Below, piece after piece: positions 50,202-59,487 of a stretch of DNA of 64,000 bases. The stretch spans positions 9,381 to 73,380 of IMG/VR virus record IMGVR_UViG_3300024966_000001. The stretch is one strand, 5' to 3'. The first letter of the stretch is position 1, and each line of letters opens with the position of its first letter. The stretch is from a virus. Made by a program: the position numbers and the translations under genes. Below the pieces are notes generated by a model. That model saw only the letters and a list, made by a program, of their open reading frames with translations. It was not told the origin of the DNA and made no database searches.

Positions 50202-50953
50202 GCCAGTTAATTCCATTCGAGTTTGAAAGTTCGTCTGTTCGCATAATTACCAATGATAATGGCGATCCATTATTTGTGGCGAAGGATGTTTCTGAAGCGC
50301 TGGGTTACGCTTGGTCCGGTGCCGCTACGATCAGGCATATACCGAATGAATGGAAGGGGGTTGATTCGGTTCCAACCCCCTCCGGAAACCAAGAAATGTC
50401 AGTACTTACAGAGCAAGGCTTGTACTTTTTCCTTGGTAGAAGTGACAAGCCAAAAGCGCTCCCAATGCAAAAATGGATTGCAGGCGATGTTTTGCCATCA
50501 ATCCGCAAAACCGGCAAATACGAACTAAATCCAGCTGATCAACAATACAAATTGCCCGGCAATTATATCGAAGCTCTTGAGGCTCTACTTGAGTCTGAAA
50601 AGCAAAGAGCCCTGGATGCGCCAAAAGTCCGACTAGCCACACTCATTTCAGAGTCATCAAATTCTCGCTGCATTAGGGTTTGGGTTAAAGCCATGAAAAA
50701 CGAGAATAACCTATGTGTTGGTGAGCGCGACGTTTTCAAATATTTGATCGATAAAAAGTACATCTTCAAGCCGAAAGGTGAAAAAGGCTATCTCCCATAT
50801 TCCCGCCACGAATCAACAGGAACGGGTTTTTTCGCGGTTGTTGTCGATGAAATTAACGGAAAGCCAAGGCGAATGCTCAAGATAACAGGAAAAGGGGTTT
50901 TGAACTTAACCGCCAAAGTGATTGAGCATTTCAATGAGGATATAGCTGCTTAG
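50198..50953 (+). CDS. BRO-N plus KilAC(ANT) antirepressor-like protein
   Basis: PLFVAKDV..ALGY...LTEQGLYFFLGRSDKPKA...WI..DVLPSIRKTG.Y; APKV...KITGKG. Confidence 0.9.
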   Translation: MSQLIPFEFESSSVRIITNDNGDPLFVAKDVSEALGYAWSGAATIRHIPNEWKGVDSVPTPSGNQEMSVLTEQGLYFFLGRSDKPKALPMQKWIAGDVLPSIRKTGKYELNPADQQYKLPGNYIEALEALLESEKQRALDAPKVRLATLISESSNSRCIRVWVKAMKNENNLCVGERDVFKYLIDKKYIFKPKGEKGYLPYSRHESTGTGFFAVVVDEINGKPRRMLKITGKGVLNLTAKVIEHFNEDIAA

Positions 50954-50959
50954 CTACTC

Positions 50960-50999
50960 GGAAAACCCGACAAAGCAACAGAATCATGCCTCATATACT
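50960..50999 (+). promoter_or_regulatory. Putative late promoter 10 (baseplate operon), probably leaderless
   Basis: GGAAAAC-N27-TATACT; ATG 6 nt downstream. Confidence 0.65.
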
Positions 51000-51005
51000 T
51001 GAGCC

Positions 51006-51299
51006 ATGAATAAAATTACCGGAAGTGAAGTTCAGGGTATGGTTGAGCACTGGCTGAATACGCCAACCTGCGGCTATTTGGGGTCCGACTACGGTCAGGA
51101 TGCTAAGGCATTACTGCAACTTCCGCAATCCGACGGTGCAGCCGATGACTTCCTGCGAAAATTGCGCGATGACGTTCAGATTTTGCAGGCATACCCGCCT
51201 GGAAGCCTGAATATTTACGGTGTGCACTCTGGAGCTGACCGGTTGGATCTATTTATCGAGGTAGCCGGGCCGGCTATTTCTGTGCCGGGCGTCAAATAA
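51006..51299 (+). CDS. Baseplate wedge gp25/gpW-like protein
   Basis: HWL.TP..GYLGSDYG; precedes the J-like gene. Confidence 0.7.
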   Translation: MNKITGSEVQGMVEHWLNTPTCGYLGSDYGQDAKALLQLPQSDGAADDFLRKLRDDVQILQAYPPGSLNIYGVHSGADRLDLFIEVAGPAISVPGVK

Positions 51300-52792
51300 T
51301 GCTGATTAAGGCTGATTTTTCAAAAGCGATTGCTGATTCTATAGTCAAATACCCGGCTATCGGCCCATTGTACCAGGCGGGAGATCCACGCATATTACAA
51401 GGACTAGATGCCATGGCAACCATGCTGGCAATGATGTCGGCGCAAATGGAAGCAGCCCAAGCCGAACCCTTTGAAAAAGTGCGTGACGCTACTGTGCTGG
51501 CCGACTCGGCCATGCGCGGCATCATCCGTAAGGCGGCACCGGGCCGGGTTAGAGTACGGGTCAGTAATAGCAACAACTCCAGTTTTACTGTGGAAACCGG
51601 CCGGGTTATCTTTGATTCGGTCGGCAATCCCTATATTGTCGAAACGGCGGCGGTTATTGCGGCGGGCAACAGCGGTACTTTTTACGCGATCCAGGTTAAG
51701 CACGACGTGATTACCCATACCGTTACCGGCAGCGTGCCGTTTTACGCCATTGAAATTACCGATCCCGGCGACGGCTCTTATTTAAGCGGGATTGCCGTCA
51801 GTGATTCGGGCGGCGAATATGAATACCGTGAGCGTTACGTCAACACTTGGCCGGATGAGCGGGTTTTTCACGTTGAGGTGGATGATAAGCAGCGAGTTTA
51901 TGTGCGCTTCGGGCAAACTGATATTGTCAGTGTTCAGCCGTTGGACGGGCAGGTTATAACGCTCACTATTTCGCGCACGGACGGGGAAATAGCGCCGGCA
52001 TCCGGCTCGCCGTTTTCGTTTGAATACCTTCAGTCGCCCTTGGAGTCCGGCATTGATCTGACAATGGATGCCTTGGTATTTAAGGGCCAAAACCCGCCCG
52101 ATATGGCGACTTTGCGCGACCTGATTAAATACCCCTCTGTTTACGACCATAACGCGGTTTACCTGGGCGAGTTCGATTTCGTGGTGCGCCGGGCCTATCC
52201 CGATGTGAAATTTTTGTCGGTCTGGAATGAGTCTATTGAAGAAATGGTGCGCGGCGCTGATGTCGATAACATTAATACGCTGTTTGTCGCGGTGCTGTCA
52301 GCCGATGATAGCGAAACGGTTTTAACGGAGCCGGACCCAAATAATCCGGTAAGCCCAATAGTCATTCCTGAGTCTGAGTATACGGCAACTCATGTGGGTA
52401 TAAAAAACACGATAAATGCAGCAGATGATAGCTACCGCGTAAGGTTTTTAACGCCGGTCAGATCGTTAATAGAAGTAACAGTCTCGGCTACGGTATCGAC
52501 CAGCTATGTTGCCAGTGATGTCAGGTCAAAAATTATTGATGTCTTGCTTGCTGAATACGGTGAAGGCGCTGCGGCGTCAAGCCGGGGCTCGAATAAACTA
52601 CTGTACCGCCTCATATATGCCTTACTGAAAGAAAGGGTGCCAGCGCTATCCGATGGCAATGCCGATATTAGACTCACGGTTGCTGATCCAGTTGGCGAGT
52701 TACGTCCTGAACTTTGGCGTTGCGTTTCGACCGACAGTCTTACTGTGACCGTTACGCCGGTGAATATCACCCTGCCATCCTGGGGCCGATAG
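51299..52792 (+). CDS. Baseplate J-like protein (P1 BplA-like)
   Basis: K.RD.TVLAD...RG; VRFG; size and gene order. Confidence 0.75.
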   Translation: MLIKADFSKAIADSIVKYPAIGPLYQAGDPRILQGLDAMATMLAMMSAQMEAAQAEPFEKVRDATVLADSAMRGIIRKAAPGRVRVRVSNSNNSSFTVETGRVIFDSVGNPYIVETAAVIAAGNSGTFYAIQVKHDVITHTVTGSVPFYAIEITDPGDGSYLSGIAVSDSGGEYEYRERYVNTWPDERVFHVEVDDKQRVYVRFGQTDIVSVQPLDGQVITLTISRTDGEIAPASGSPFSFEYLQSPLESGIDLTMDALVFKGQNPPDMATLRDLIKYPSVYDHNAVYLGEFDFVVRRAYPDVKFLSVWNESIEEMVRGADVDNINTLFVAVLSADDSETVLTEPDPNNPVSPIVIPESEYTATHVGIKNTINAADDSYRVRFLTPVRSLIEVTVSATVSTSYVASDVRSKIIDVLLAEYGEGAAASSRGSNKLLYRLIYALLKERVPALSDGNADIRLTVADPVGELRPELWRCVSTDSLTVTVTPVNITLPSWGR

Positions 52793-53503
52793 ATGGATTT
52801 TCAAAACACCGAACTGCCTAAATTAACGCCGTTAAAATACAGTTTTGCGGCTGATGACGTTGAAAATGACCTACGCAATTTATTCATCGACCTATTTGAG
52901 ACGTTACTGGCCGGTCAGGCATTCGATATAAATGTCTTGGGCGCGGCGCATCTTGGTAGCCTTGATCTGGTTCGTAAAATGGTCAATGCGGACGGTTTGG
53001 TTCTGATTGAAGGTGACCGGGAAGAGGCGGCAACCCGCTACCTGTATCGGGCATGGAAAGCTAGGAACTGTCAGGGCAGGGGCTTTCATTTCCTACGCAC
53101 TTACTTACAGTTGCTGTTCCCGAATGCGGCTACGGTTGAGCAAATGGCACAATCAAAAATATCGCCATATCCAACCGGATTAAAGCCACTTCAAAGCACC
53201 GAGCCAGCAAGCCATTATTCCACAAGCCGAGTACGAGTAACCATAGATGCAAGGGTTACGTCATGGGAAAACGTCGAGAAAATGCACCCCATACTGCGCT
53301 CTATAATACCCGCACGGTTTTTACTCTATTTCACACTGCTTACTGTCTGGAACCAAAAGACTTATGCCGGGGCCGCAATGCTGTCATCTGGTATCGCAAC
53401 GATTTATCCGGCAGCCAGTCAGCCTACGGAATGGAGTAGCAATACATTTATAGGTGCAGCAATGTCCAGTATTTCAACGATTACTATCTACCCACAATCA
53501 TGA
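52793..53503 (+). CDS. Baseplate I-like protein
   Basis: RG..FLRTYLQ.L...SIIPAR; between the J-like gene and the fibre. Confidence 0.65.
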   Translation: MDFQNTELPKLTPLKYSFAADDVENDLRNLFIDLFETLLAGQAFDINVLGAAHLGSLDLVRKMVNADGLVLIEGDREEAATRYLYRAWKARNCQGRGFHFLRTYLQLLFPNAATVEQMAQSKISPYPTGLKPLQSTEPASHYSTSRVRVTIDARVTSWENVEKMHPILRSIIPARFLLYFTLLTVWNQKTYAGAAMLSSGIATIYPAASQPTEWSSNTFIGAAMSSISTITIYPQS

Positions 53504-54858
53504 GTGTTTACTACACCCTATTAACAGCTGTAGGCGCGTCTGCGATGTCATACGCCGCCGCTCACGGCACGCCAGTAGTGCTGACCGAAATCGCCCTGGG
53601 TGATGGCGGCGGGTCGGTGCCGTCACCGACAAAAGACACGACTGCGCTGGTCAACGAGGTATACCGAGCTGACATTAATTCGATAACTCAAGATCCTGTG
53701 AATTCATCCTGGTTTATCGTTGAGTTGGTTATTCCGCCCGAGGTGGGCGGATTTACGATACGCGAATTCAGGATCGACGATGCAGCCGGAAATGCAATTT
53801 ACGTCGGTAACTGCGCGGCCGAAACCAAGCCGGTTTTGCCCGAAGGTATGACACGAGACAGTATTTATCGCTTAATTGTTGAAACCAGCAATGCAGCGAC
53901 AATCAATCTATCGGTTGACCCTACAATAGCCATTGCTACGCATGATTACGTACAGGGCGAGCTACAGAAACTTGATCATAAACAGTCGGTAAGAGTTGCT
54001 TCAACCGCCAATATCCCAACGCTATCCGGGCTGTTAACGATTGACGGCGTATTGCTTGTTGAGGGTGATCGGGTACTTGTCAAAAACAATACCACGGCCA
54101 GCCAAAACGGGATTTATATCGCATCGCCCGGTGGATGGTTGCGTGACGTCGATGCTAATTCAGCATTAAAAATCAATGCCGGAATGACGTTTGTTATTGA
54201 GGCCGGTACCGCCAATGCGGATACGGTTTGGATGTTGCTGACTAATAACCCCATTACGATCGGCACTACGGCACTGACATTCGACTGGATTGCCGGTGTT
54301 AGGGTCACAATGCCATTAGGGACCAGTGATGCTACAAATGCGTCAACCGCATTTGTGCAAAATACCGTAGGCGGCATGGTAACAAAGTCGGTCACAGGCG
54401 TTGGCGCAACCTTAACGCTGACTTCAGTTGAAGCTGGCAACGCAACAATTAAGCTGACCGGAACGTTAACGACAAACCTGAATGTTATTGTCCCGGCCGC
54501 CGTAACGCGCGGCTGGACCGTCATTAATGCGACTACTGGGGCTTATTCGCTCACCGTTAAACCTTCTGGCGGTGCTGGAATAGTCACCACCCAGGGTAAT
54601 TCGATCAAGGTTTACTCTGACGGGACAAACGTTACCTCGTCAGAAAGAGACATTATTGCTGAACATGTGTCGGCTGCCGATCCTCATGCTCAGTACACAA
54701 CGACAGCGGAAGCGGAAGCTTTAGCCGCTGATGCGATTTTTGCACATAACGCTTCATCTGACCCACACCCTCAATACACATCTGATGCTGAAGTTGACGC
54801 AAAAATTGCGGCATCAACGACTGCGTTGGGAATTCTTTACTTCATGGGACAACTTTAA
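53500..54858 (+). CDS. Tail fibre protein (P2 gpH-like N-terminus)
   Basis: YYTLLT.VG...IALGDGGG..P.P....TALVNEVYR...IPPEVGGFTIRE; H....DPH.QY repeats. Confidence 0.88.
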   Translation: MSVYYTLLTAVGASAMSYAAAHGTPVVLTEIALGDGGGSVPSPTKDTTALVNEVYRADINSITQDPVNSSWFIVELVIPPEVGGFTIREFRIDDAAGNAIYVGNCAAETKPVLPEGMTRDSIYRLIVETSNAATINLSVDPTIAIATHDYVQGELQKLDHKQSVRVASTANIPTLSGLLTIDGVLLVEGDRVLVKNNTTASQNGIYIASPGGWLRDVDANSALKINAGMTFVIEAGTANADTVWMLLTNNPITIGTTALTFDWIAGVRVTMPLGTSDATNASTAFVQNTVGGMVTKSVTGVGATLTLTSVEAGNATIKLTGTLTTNLNVIVPAAVTRGWTVINATTGAYSLTVKPSGGAGIVTTQGNSIKVYSDGTNVTSSERDIIAEHVSAADPHAQYTTTAEAEALAADAIFAHNASSDPHPQYTSDAEVDAKIAASTTALGILYFMGQL

Positions 54859-55175
54859 TGCCTGGGATGATTGGAAAGGCCGCGCTCGCGGCATCAACTT
54901 ATACGTCGGTTGCGACCGTCACCACCGAAAAAACGCTGAATATTCGCGTGGTCAATCGCGACCTGATCAATCCGGCCGCAATACGATTGGCTATCTGTCC
55001 GTCCGGTTATGTGGCTCCGACAGCACCGGCGAACGCCGACCATATCGAACCAATCGACATCATACTGGCGGCAGGTGAAGTGATCGAAGAAACTGGGATA
55101 GCGGTCAGCGCAGGTGAGGTCGTGGTTGCCTATTCAAGTACGGACACAGTGACAGTCCGTGTTCACGGACATTAA
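54858..55175 (+). CDS. Small fibre-associated protein
   Basis: N..VVNR...A.IRLA...IE.TG.....GE.VV.Y. Confidence 0.65.
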   Translation: MPGMIGKAALAASTYTSVATVTTEKTLNIRVVNRDLINPAAIRLAICPSGYVAPTAPANADHIEPIDIILAAGEVIEETGIAVSAGEVVVAYSSTDTVTVRVHGH

Positions 55176-55190
55176 TAATAAGGAGCTATT

Positions 55191-56867
55191 ATGGGACGTT
55201 TTTCAAACAAAGGTTCTGGCGGTTCTAGCAGTGTCGGCGGATCGTCGATACCTGCGATTACCTCCACGGTGACAGCGGGCGAAGTCGTCTCGCAAGGCCG
55301 ACTGGCGGTGTTGGGGGCCGATAATCTCGCTTATATGGGCGATGATCCAAGTGTCGCCTTGAACGCAGTCCGGCCGATACTAAATAAGGCTATTGTGACT
55401 AATACGTTTTTATCGACGCTACCGACCAAGCCAGCCGGGGCGCTGGCTGTGAATGCGTCGAATGCGTCGAACACTTTGGGCCGTAGCCTTTACGGCGGCG
55501 CTGCGCTATCTAACGGCAATTATGTCGTCGCATGGCAGCTGAATGCTACGCCGTACACGGTTCAATTCGCCATCTTTAATAATGCCGGCGTGCAACAAGG
55601 GAGCGTTATATCGGTCGATGCGCTGACCGCAACCGACAATTCCGGGTTTAATATCTCTATTGCCGCATTGACCGGCGGTGGGTTTGCGCTTGCTTTTTCG
55701 CGTAACTTAACGCCTTGGGCGCATTATGCGGTTTACGATAATGCGGGCAGTGTCGTAAAGGCGCTGACAACATTAAAAACGGGCCTGTCGGGGGTGACGA
55801 CGGTTAAAACGCTGGCGCTCAGCAATGGCGGTTTTGCTGTTGTCTATATGTCATTGGCCGATTCATTACAGAATTTCGTGACCTTCGATGCGTCCGGCAC
55901 CATCGTAACAACTCACACCGCTATCGGCGGCGGTTACACGTCCGGATTCGTCGAAGCCGCAGCATTTACGGCGGCGCAGGGCGGTGGCTTTGTTGTGGCC
56001 TACAGCACATCGACAACCACAAGAGCTATAAAATACAGTAACGCTGGCGCTGTTGTGGTGGCTACGCAACCGACCGGCGGTGCGGCGTCAGGGTATAGCA
56101 ATGTGTGCGTGCTGGCGGGTGGCGGTTATGCGGTGGCAACACTGACAGGCACGGATGTCGATGTCAGCGTGTTCAACAGCGCGGGGGTGCAGTTAGGTTC
56201 GACGACATCCACGGGTACAAGCGTGGCGGGAACTCCCGCCCCGGTGTTGGCGCCACTCAGCAACGGTGATGTTGCCGTCGCTGCGGGCGGGGCGGCGGGC
56301 AATACCACACTCAGTTATTGGAGCGGCACGACGGGGCTTAAATATGTATCAGTTCTCTATGCTACGCTGCCTCTTGCAGTCAATACGCCGGTGTCCATTT
56401 TGCCCATAAAAGCCGGAGGCGTCAGTGTTATATCCGGCAGCGCCCAAGCTGTTTTTGATGCCTCTGGGGCTCTTGTCAATGATGTCGGTACGGTAAATTC
56501 ATCGTACGGCACAAGCGGCACATACGCCGTGCCTGCATTGCTGTTTACTTTAACCAGTTCCATCAAAGCTGCTGCTGATGTTGCGGCATACGGTTCGGTT
56601 TTGTCGGGGGTGTTGACGGTAGGGCAACTGAATATGTACATGCAAAAGCTGACGCCCATTGGTGTGTTCGCCGGGAGCGCGGCGGCGGGAGTGCCGGTAC
56701 CCATCCAATACACCGGCAATGCAACCTTAACGACCGCATTTGCGCAGCCGATTAATATTGATGCCCAGGCGCTAAAGCCGCCGGGACAACGGATGAGTAT
56801 TATAGGGAATAGCGTGATTATGCAGGGACTGCAACCAGCGAACGCATCAAAACGTAACATCAATTAA
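55191..56867 (+). CDS. Putative receptor-binding beta-propeller protein
   Basis: Repeated L.NG/GGF.V.Y......(Y/F)D..G blades; AAGGAG SD. Confidence 0.65.
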   Translation: MGRFSNKGSGGSSSVGGSSIPAITSTVTAGEVVSQGRLAVLGADNLAYMGDDPSVALNAVRPILNKAIVTNTFLSTLPTKPAGALAVNASNASNTLGRSLYGGAALSNGNYVVAWQLNATPYTVQFAIFNNAGVQQGSVISVDALTATDNSGFNISIAALTGGGFALAFSRNLTPWAHYAVYDNAGSVVKALTTLKTGLSGVTTVKTLALSNGGFAVVYMSLADSLQNFVTFDASGTIVTTHTAIGGGYTSGFVEAAAFTAAQGGGFVVAYSTSTTTRAIKYSNAGAVVVATQPTGGAASGYSNVCVLAGGGYAVATLTGTDVDVSVFNSAGVQLGSTTSTGTSVAGTPAPVLAPLSNGDVAVAAGGAAGNTTLSYWSGTTGLKYVSVLYATLPLAVNTPVSILPIKAGGVSVISGSAQAVFDASGALVNDVGTVNSSYGTSGTYAVPALLFTLTSSIKAAADVAAYGSVLSGVLTVGQLNMYMQKLTPIGVFAGSAAAGVPVPIQYTGNATLTTAFAQPINIDAQALKPPGQRMSIIGNSVIMQGLQPANASKRNIN

Positions 56868-56878
56868 CAGGATCTATC

Positions 56879-57139
56879 ATGTCAACAGGACTCATTGCGG
56901 CGCTCAGCGCATCGACTTCGGTAACGTTCACCCCTGATTATAATGCCAAAGTGCTTATAAACGGGACGTGCCTGACAACCGCCGGAACAATCACTGTGAA
57001 CAGTATCGGTGCGCTTTATCTGCCGAGTAATTCGTCTAATTCAATCACATTTTACGCGGCGGTGGGCATGCCGGTCACTATTGCTACCCCGGCGAATGTG
57101 ACAGCTATCGTTTCTTCCCTTGAAGAGAGTTTATTATGA
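56879..57139 (+). CDS. Small fibre-associated protein
   Basis: Co-oriented, beta-rich. Confidence 0.55.
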   Translation: MSTGLIAALSASTSVTFTPDYNAKVLINGTCLTTAGTITVNSIGALYLPSNSSNSITFYAAVGMPVTIATPANVTAIVSSLEESLL

Positions 57140-57678
57140 AAGCTATTTTTGTTGTTAACGGCGTAGTGGTAGGCCTCGGTACGGTTTATGCCGATGGTGT
57201 AACTATTGCGTCGCATATAGAAGACGCTCAGCGGGTTGATGTGCCTGACAACTCACCGGTCGGAATCGGCTGGATGATGACTATCCCTGAAATTATTTCA
57301 GATCCCGATGCTGAGATTGATCCTGTGTTGGCGATTGATGACAGCCCAATCGAGCCGGTCTTTAGCGCTCCGATCATACCGGTCATTAATTTCAGTTACC
57401 CGCAAGCAGCCGCGAAGGATGCTGACATTACGGTCAATTTGTCGGTTGTCAATCCGGCCGGTAATGCGCCGGTGCCAGTTAACGAAACCTATTATGTACC
57501 GCTGATGAATGTCATCACTGGAGCAATGGATCAAATGCTGGTTGTGCCTATTATTGACGGTGATGGACACGTTACGTTCAGCGTACCAGCGCCTGGGCGA
57601 TACAGCATAAAAACCGATCTGATTTTGCCTAAGCCAACTGCACGATTCTCAGAAACGCCGGATATTGCAATTTATTAG
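57136..57678 (+). CDS. Tail fibre assembly-like protein
   Basis: V.NGVVV...VPD...VGIGW...VFSAP. Confidence 0.55.
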   Translation: MKAIFVVNGVVVGLGTVYADGVTIASHIEDAQRVDVPDNSPVGIGWMMTIPEIISDPDAEIDPVLAIDDSPIEPVFSAPIIPVINFSYPQAAAKDADITVNLSVVNPAGNAPVPVNETYYVPLMNVITGAMDQMLVVPIIDGDGHVTFSVPAPGRYSIKTDLILPKPTARFSETPDIAIY

Positions 57679-57754
57679 CGCTCAAAACAAAAACGATTAC
57701 GCTTTTTTTCTAAAAGATTAAAGCATTTATTCATTATTCCAACGGGTAAAAACA

Positions 57755-58225
57755 ATGGCCGCAAAAACTGATTATTTTGAAAATAAATTAACCGACTTCC
57801 TTTTTAGAGGTCAAACGCTGGTGATTGGCGGCTCTACCGCGACATGGTCAGCGGCACCCACGTTTTACATTGGGCTGCACACTACTTCGCCAACCGATAG
57901 CTCAGCAGGAACGGAAACCTCTGGCGGCTCTTATGCAAGACAGCCCATTGCGGCTTCTTTAGCGAATATGGCGGGCACACAGTCGGACGGGTCAACGACT
58001 GCAAGTACTGGGACAAACGCCACGACCAGTAACAATAACGTCATCACATTTACGAACATGCCGGATACGTCAACCGTCGGCTTAGTGTCATTCGGTATTT
58101 ACGACGCGGTTTCGGGCGGAAACTTGCTTGAGTATGCGGCGTTAACCGGTCAACCGATCAAGGCAAGTGCAGGTGCAACATTGACTTTCGCGGCAGGCGC
58201 TTTGACGATTCAGGAAGACAACTAA
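57755..58225 (+). CDS. Virion structural protein (TDYFENK family)
   Basis: DYFENK..D.LFRG...YIGLHT..P.D...GTE.SGGSYARQ...FGIYDA.SGGNLL...FAAGAL. Confidence 0.75.
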   Translation: MAAKTDYFENKLTDFLFRGQTLVIGGSTATWSAAPTFYIGLHTTSPTDSSAGTETSGGSYARQPIAASLANMAGTQSDGSTTASTGTNATTSNNNVITFTNMPDTSTVGLVSFGIYDAVSGGNLLEYAALTGQPIKASAGATLTFAAGALTIQEDN

Positions 58226-58252
58226 GCTCGACGAATAAAAGGGGAATTTAAA

Positions 58253-59089
58253 GTGCCTGAATATAAAGACGCGGTAAAAGACCAAACGACAACCACGGGA
58301 ACCGGAACGCTTACTATTGCAGGCGTTGCTCCCGCAGGTGCGCGCACTATTGCATCGGCTCATACCAATGGCGCAACAGTGCGGTATCGAATCAATACCT
58401 CTGACCAGTCGGCATGGGAAGTCGGGCAAGGCGTTTGGAACTCCTCAACGACAACGCTAACACGGGATGTTGTTTACGCTTCTAGTAATGCTGGGTCTTT
58501 AGTCAGCTTTGCTGCGGGCACCAAGGCTGTTATCACAGGTTTAACCGCTGCCGACATGAATATTACGCCCACGGCGCTTGTTCTGCTTGCAACGCTTACG
58601 CCTACTGCCGCAGCAAATGTTGATGCTTTGTCGGTATTTACTTCTGCTTATGATAACTATCTGATTATCGGTGAAGGGCTTCAATGCGGCGTCAGTCAGG
58701 ACATCCCGCAGTTTAGATTGGCCGTAGCGGGTGCCGCTGATACAGGTTCGAACTACTACAATATCAGAATCTCTATAGGAAGTTACAACACCACTACAGC
58801 TCAGACGCTGGGCGAAGTATCTGGGGGTGTGTATATGAGTGACTGGGCCGGATCAAATGCTGCTCGGGTACTTAATTTCAAATTGGAAGTGTTAAATGTT
58901 AATAGCAGCACCCAAAATAAAACAGTTCTTACAAGCTGTAGCGGGGTCGGTAATAGCACCCCTACATTCGAGGCAAGAATGGGGGTTACTCACTACGTAA
59001 ATACGGCAGTTGTTACGGGCATACGGTTTTTCTGGAATACACAGAATTTCGTAGCTGGCGGAAAAATTCGCATATATGGTTACAACTAG
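58253..59089 (+). CDS. Fibre/adhesin-like protein
   Basis: D.VK..TTTTGTGTLT...WEVG.G.....TLTR..V..SSN.G..VSF.AG.K; C-terminal G.IRIYG. Confidence 0.7.
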   Translation: MPEYKDAVKDQTTTTGTGTLTIAGVAPAGARTIASAHTNGATVRYRINTSDQSAWEVGQGVWNSSTTTLTRDVVYASSNAGSLVSFAAGTKAVITGLTAADMNITPTALVLLATLTPTAAANVDALSVFTSAYDNYLIIGEGLQCGVSQDIPQFRLAVAGAADTGSNYYNIRISIGSYNTTTAQTLGEVSGGVYMSDWAGSNAARVLNFKLEVLNVNSSTQNKTVLTSCSGVGNSTPTFEARMGVTHYVNTAVVTGIRFFWNTQNFVAGGKIRIYGYN

Positions 59090-59097
59090 GAGAAATT

Positions 59098-59481
59098 ATG
59101 ACCTATAAAGTTTGTTATTGGGATAGCGACTTGCAGAAACAGCTTGAGCGCGATGCTACCGAAGATGAAGCACTTGAAATCGATGCGCGCAAGGTTCCTG
59201 ACCCAGCCAGGTTTCAGGCACAAATAGTTCAAGCAGCGCAGGATCTGTTAGACAATTTTGCAAAAACAAGAGGCTACGACGGTATTCTATCAGCTTGTAG
59301 TTATGCAGCATCCCCGACAGCAAAATTCTCATCCGAAGGACAGTATTGCCTTTCGGCAAGGGATTCTGTGTGGGGCACTCTCACGACTTTTCTTGGGGCG
59401 GTTGAATCGGGATCTGCATCAATGCCGTCCACGGTAGATGAAGTACTGGCAACACTTCCTGAATTATCCTGGCCTGAGTAG
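59098..59481 (+). CDS. Tail fibre assembly chaperone-like protein
   Basis: Q..LD.FA..RGYD.I.SACSYA.S....F..EG......RD.VW...LP.L.WP. Confidence 0.75.
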   Translation: MTYKVCYWDSDLQKQLERDATEDEALEIDARKVPDPARFQAQIVQAAQDLLDNFAKTRGYDGILSACSYAASPTAKFSSEGQYCLSARDSVWGTLTTFLGAVESGSASMPSTVDEVLATLPELSWPE

Positions 59482-59487
59482 CTTTAG

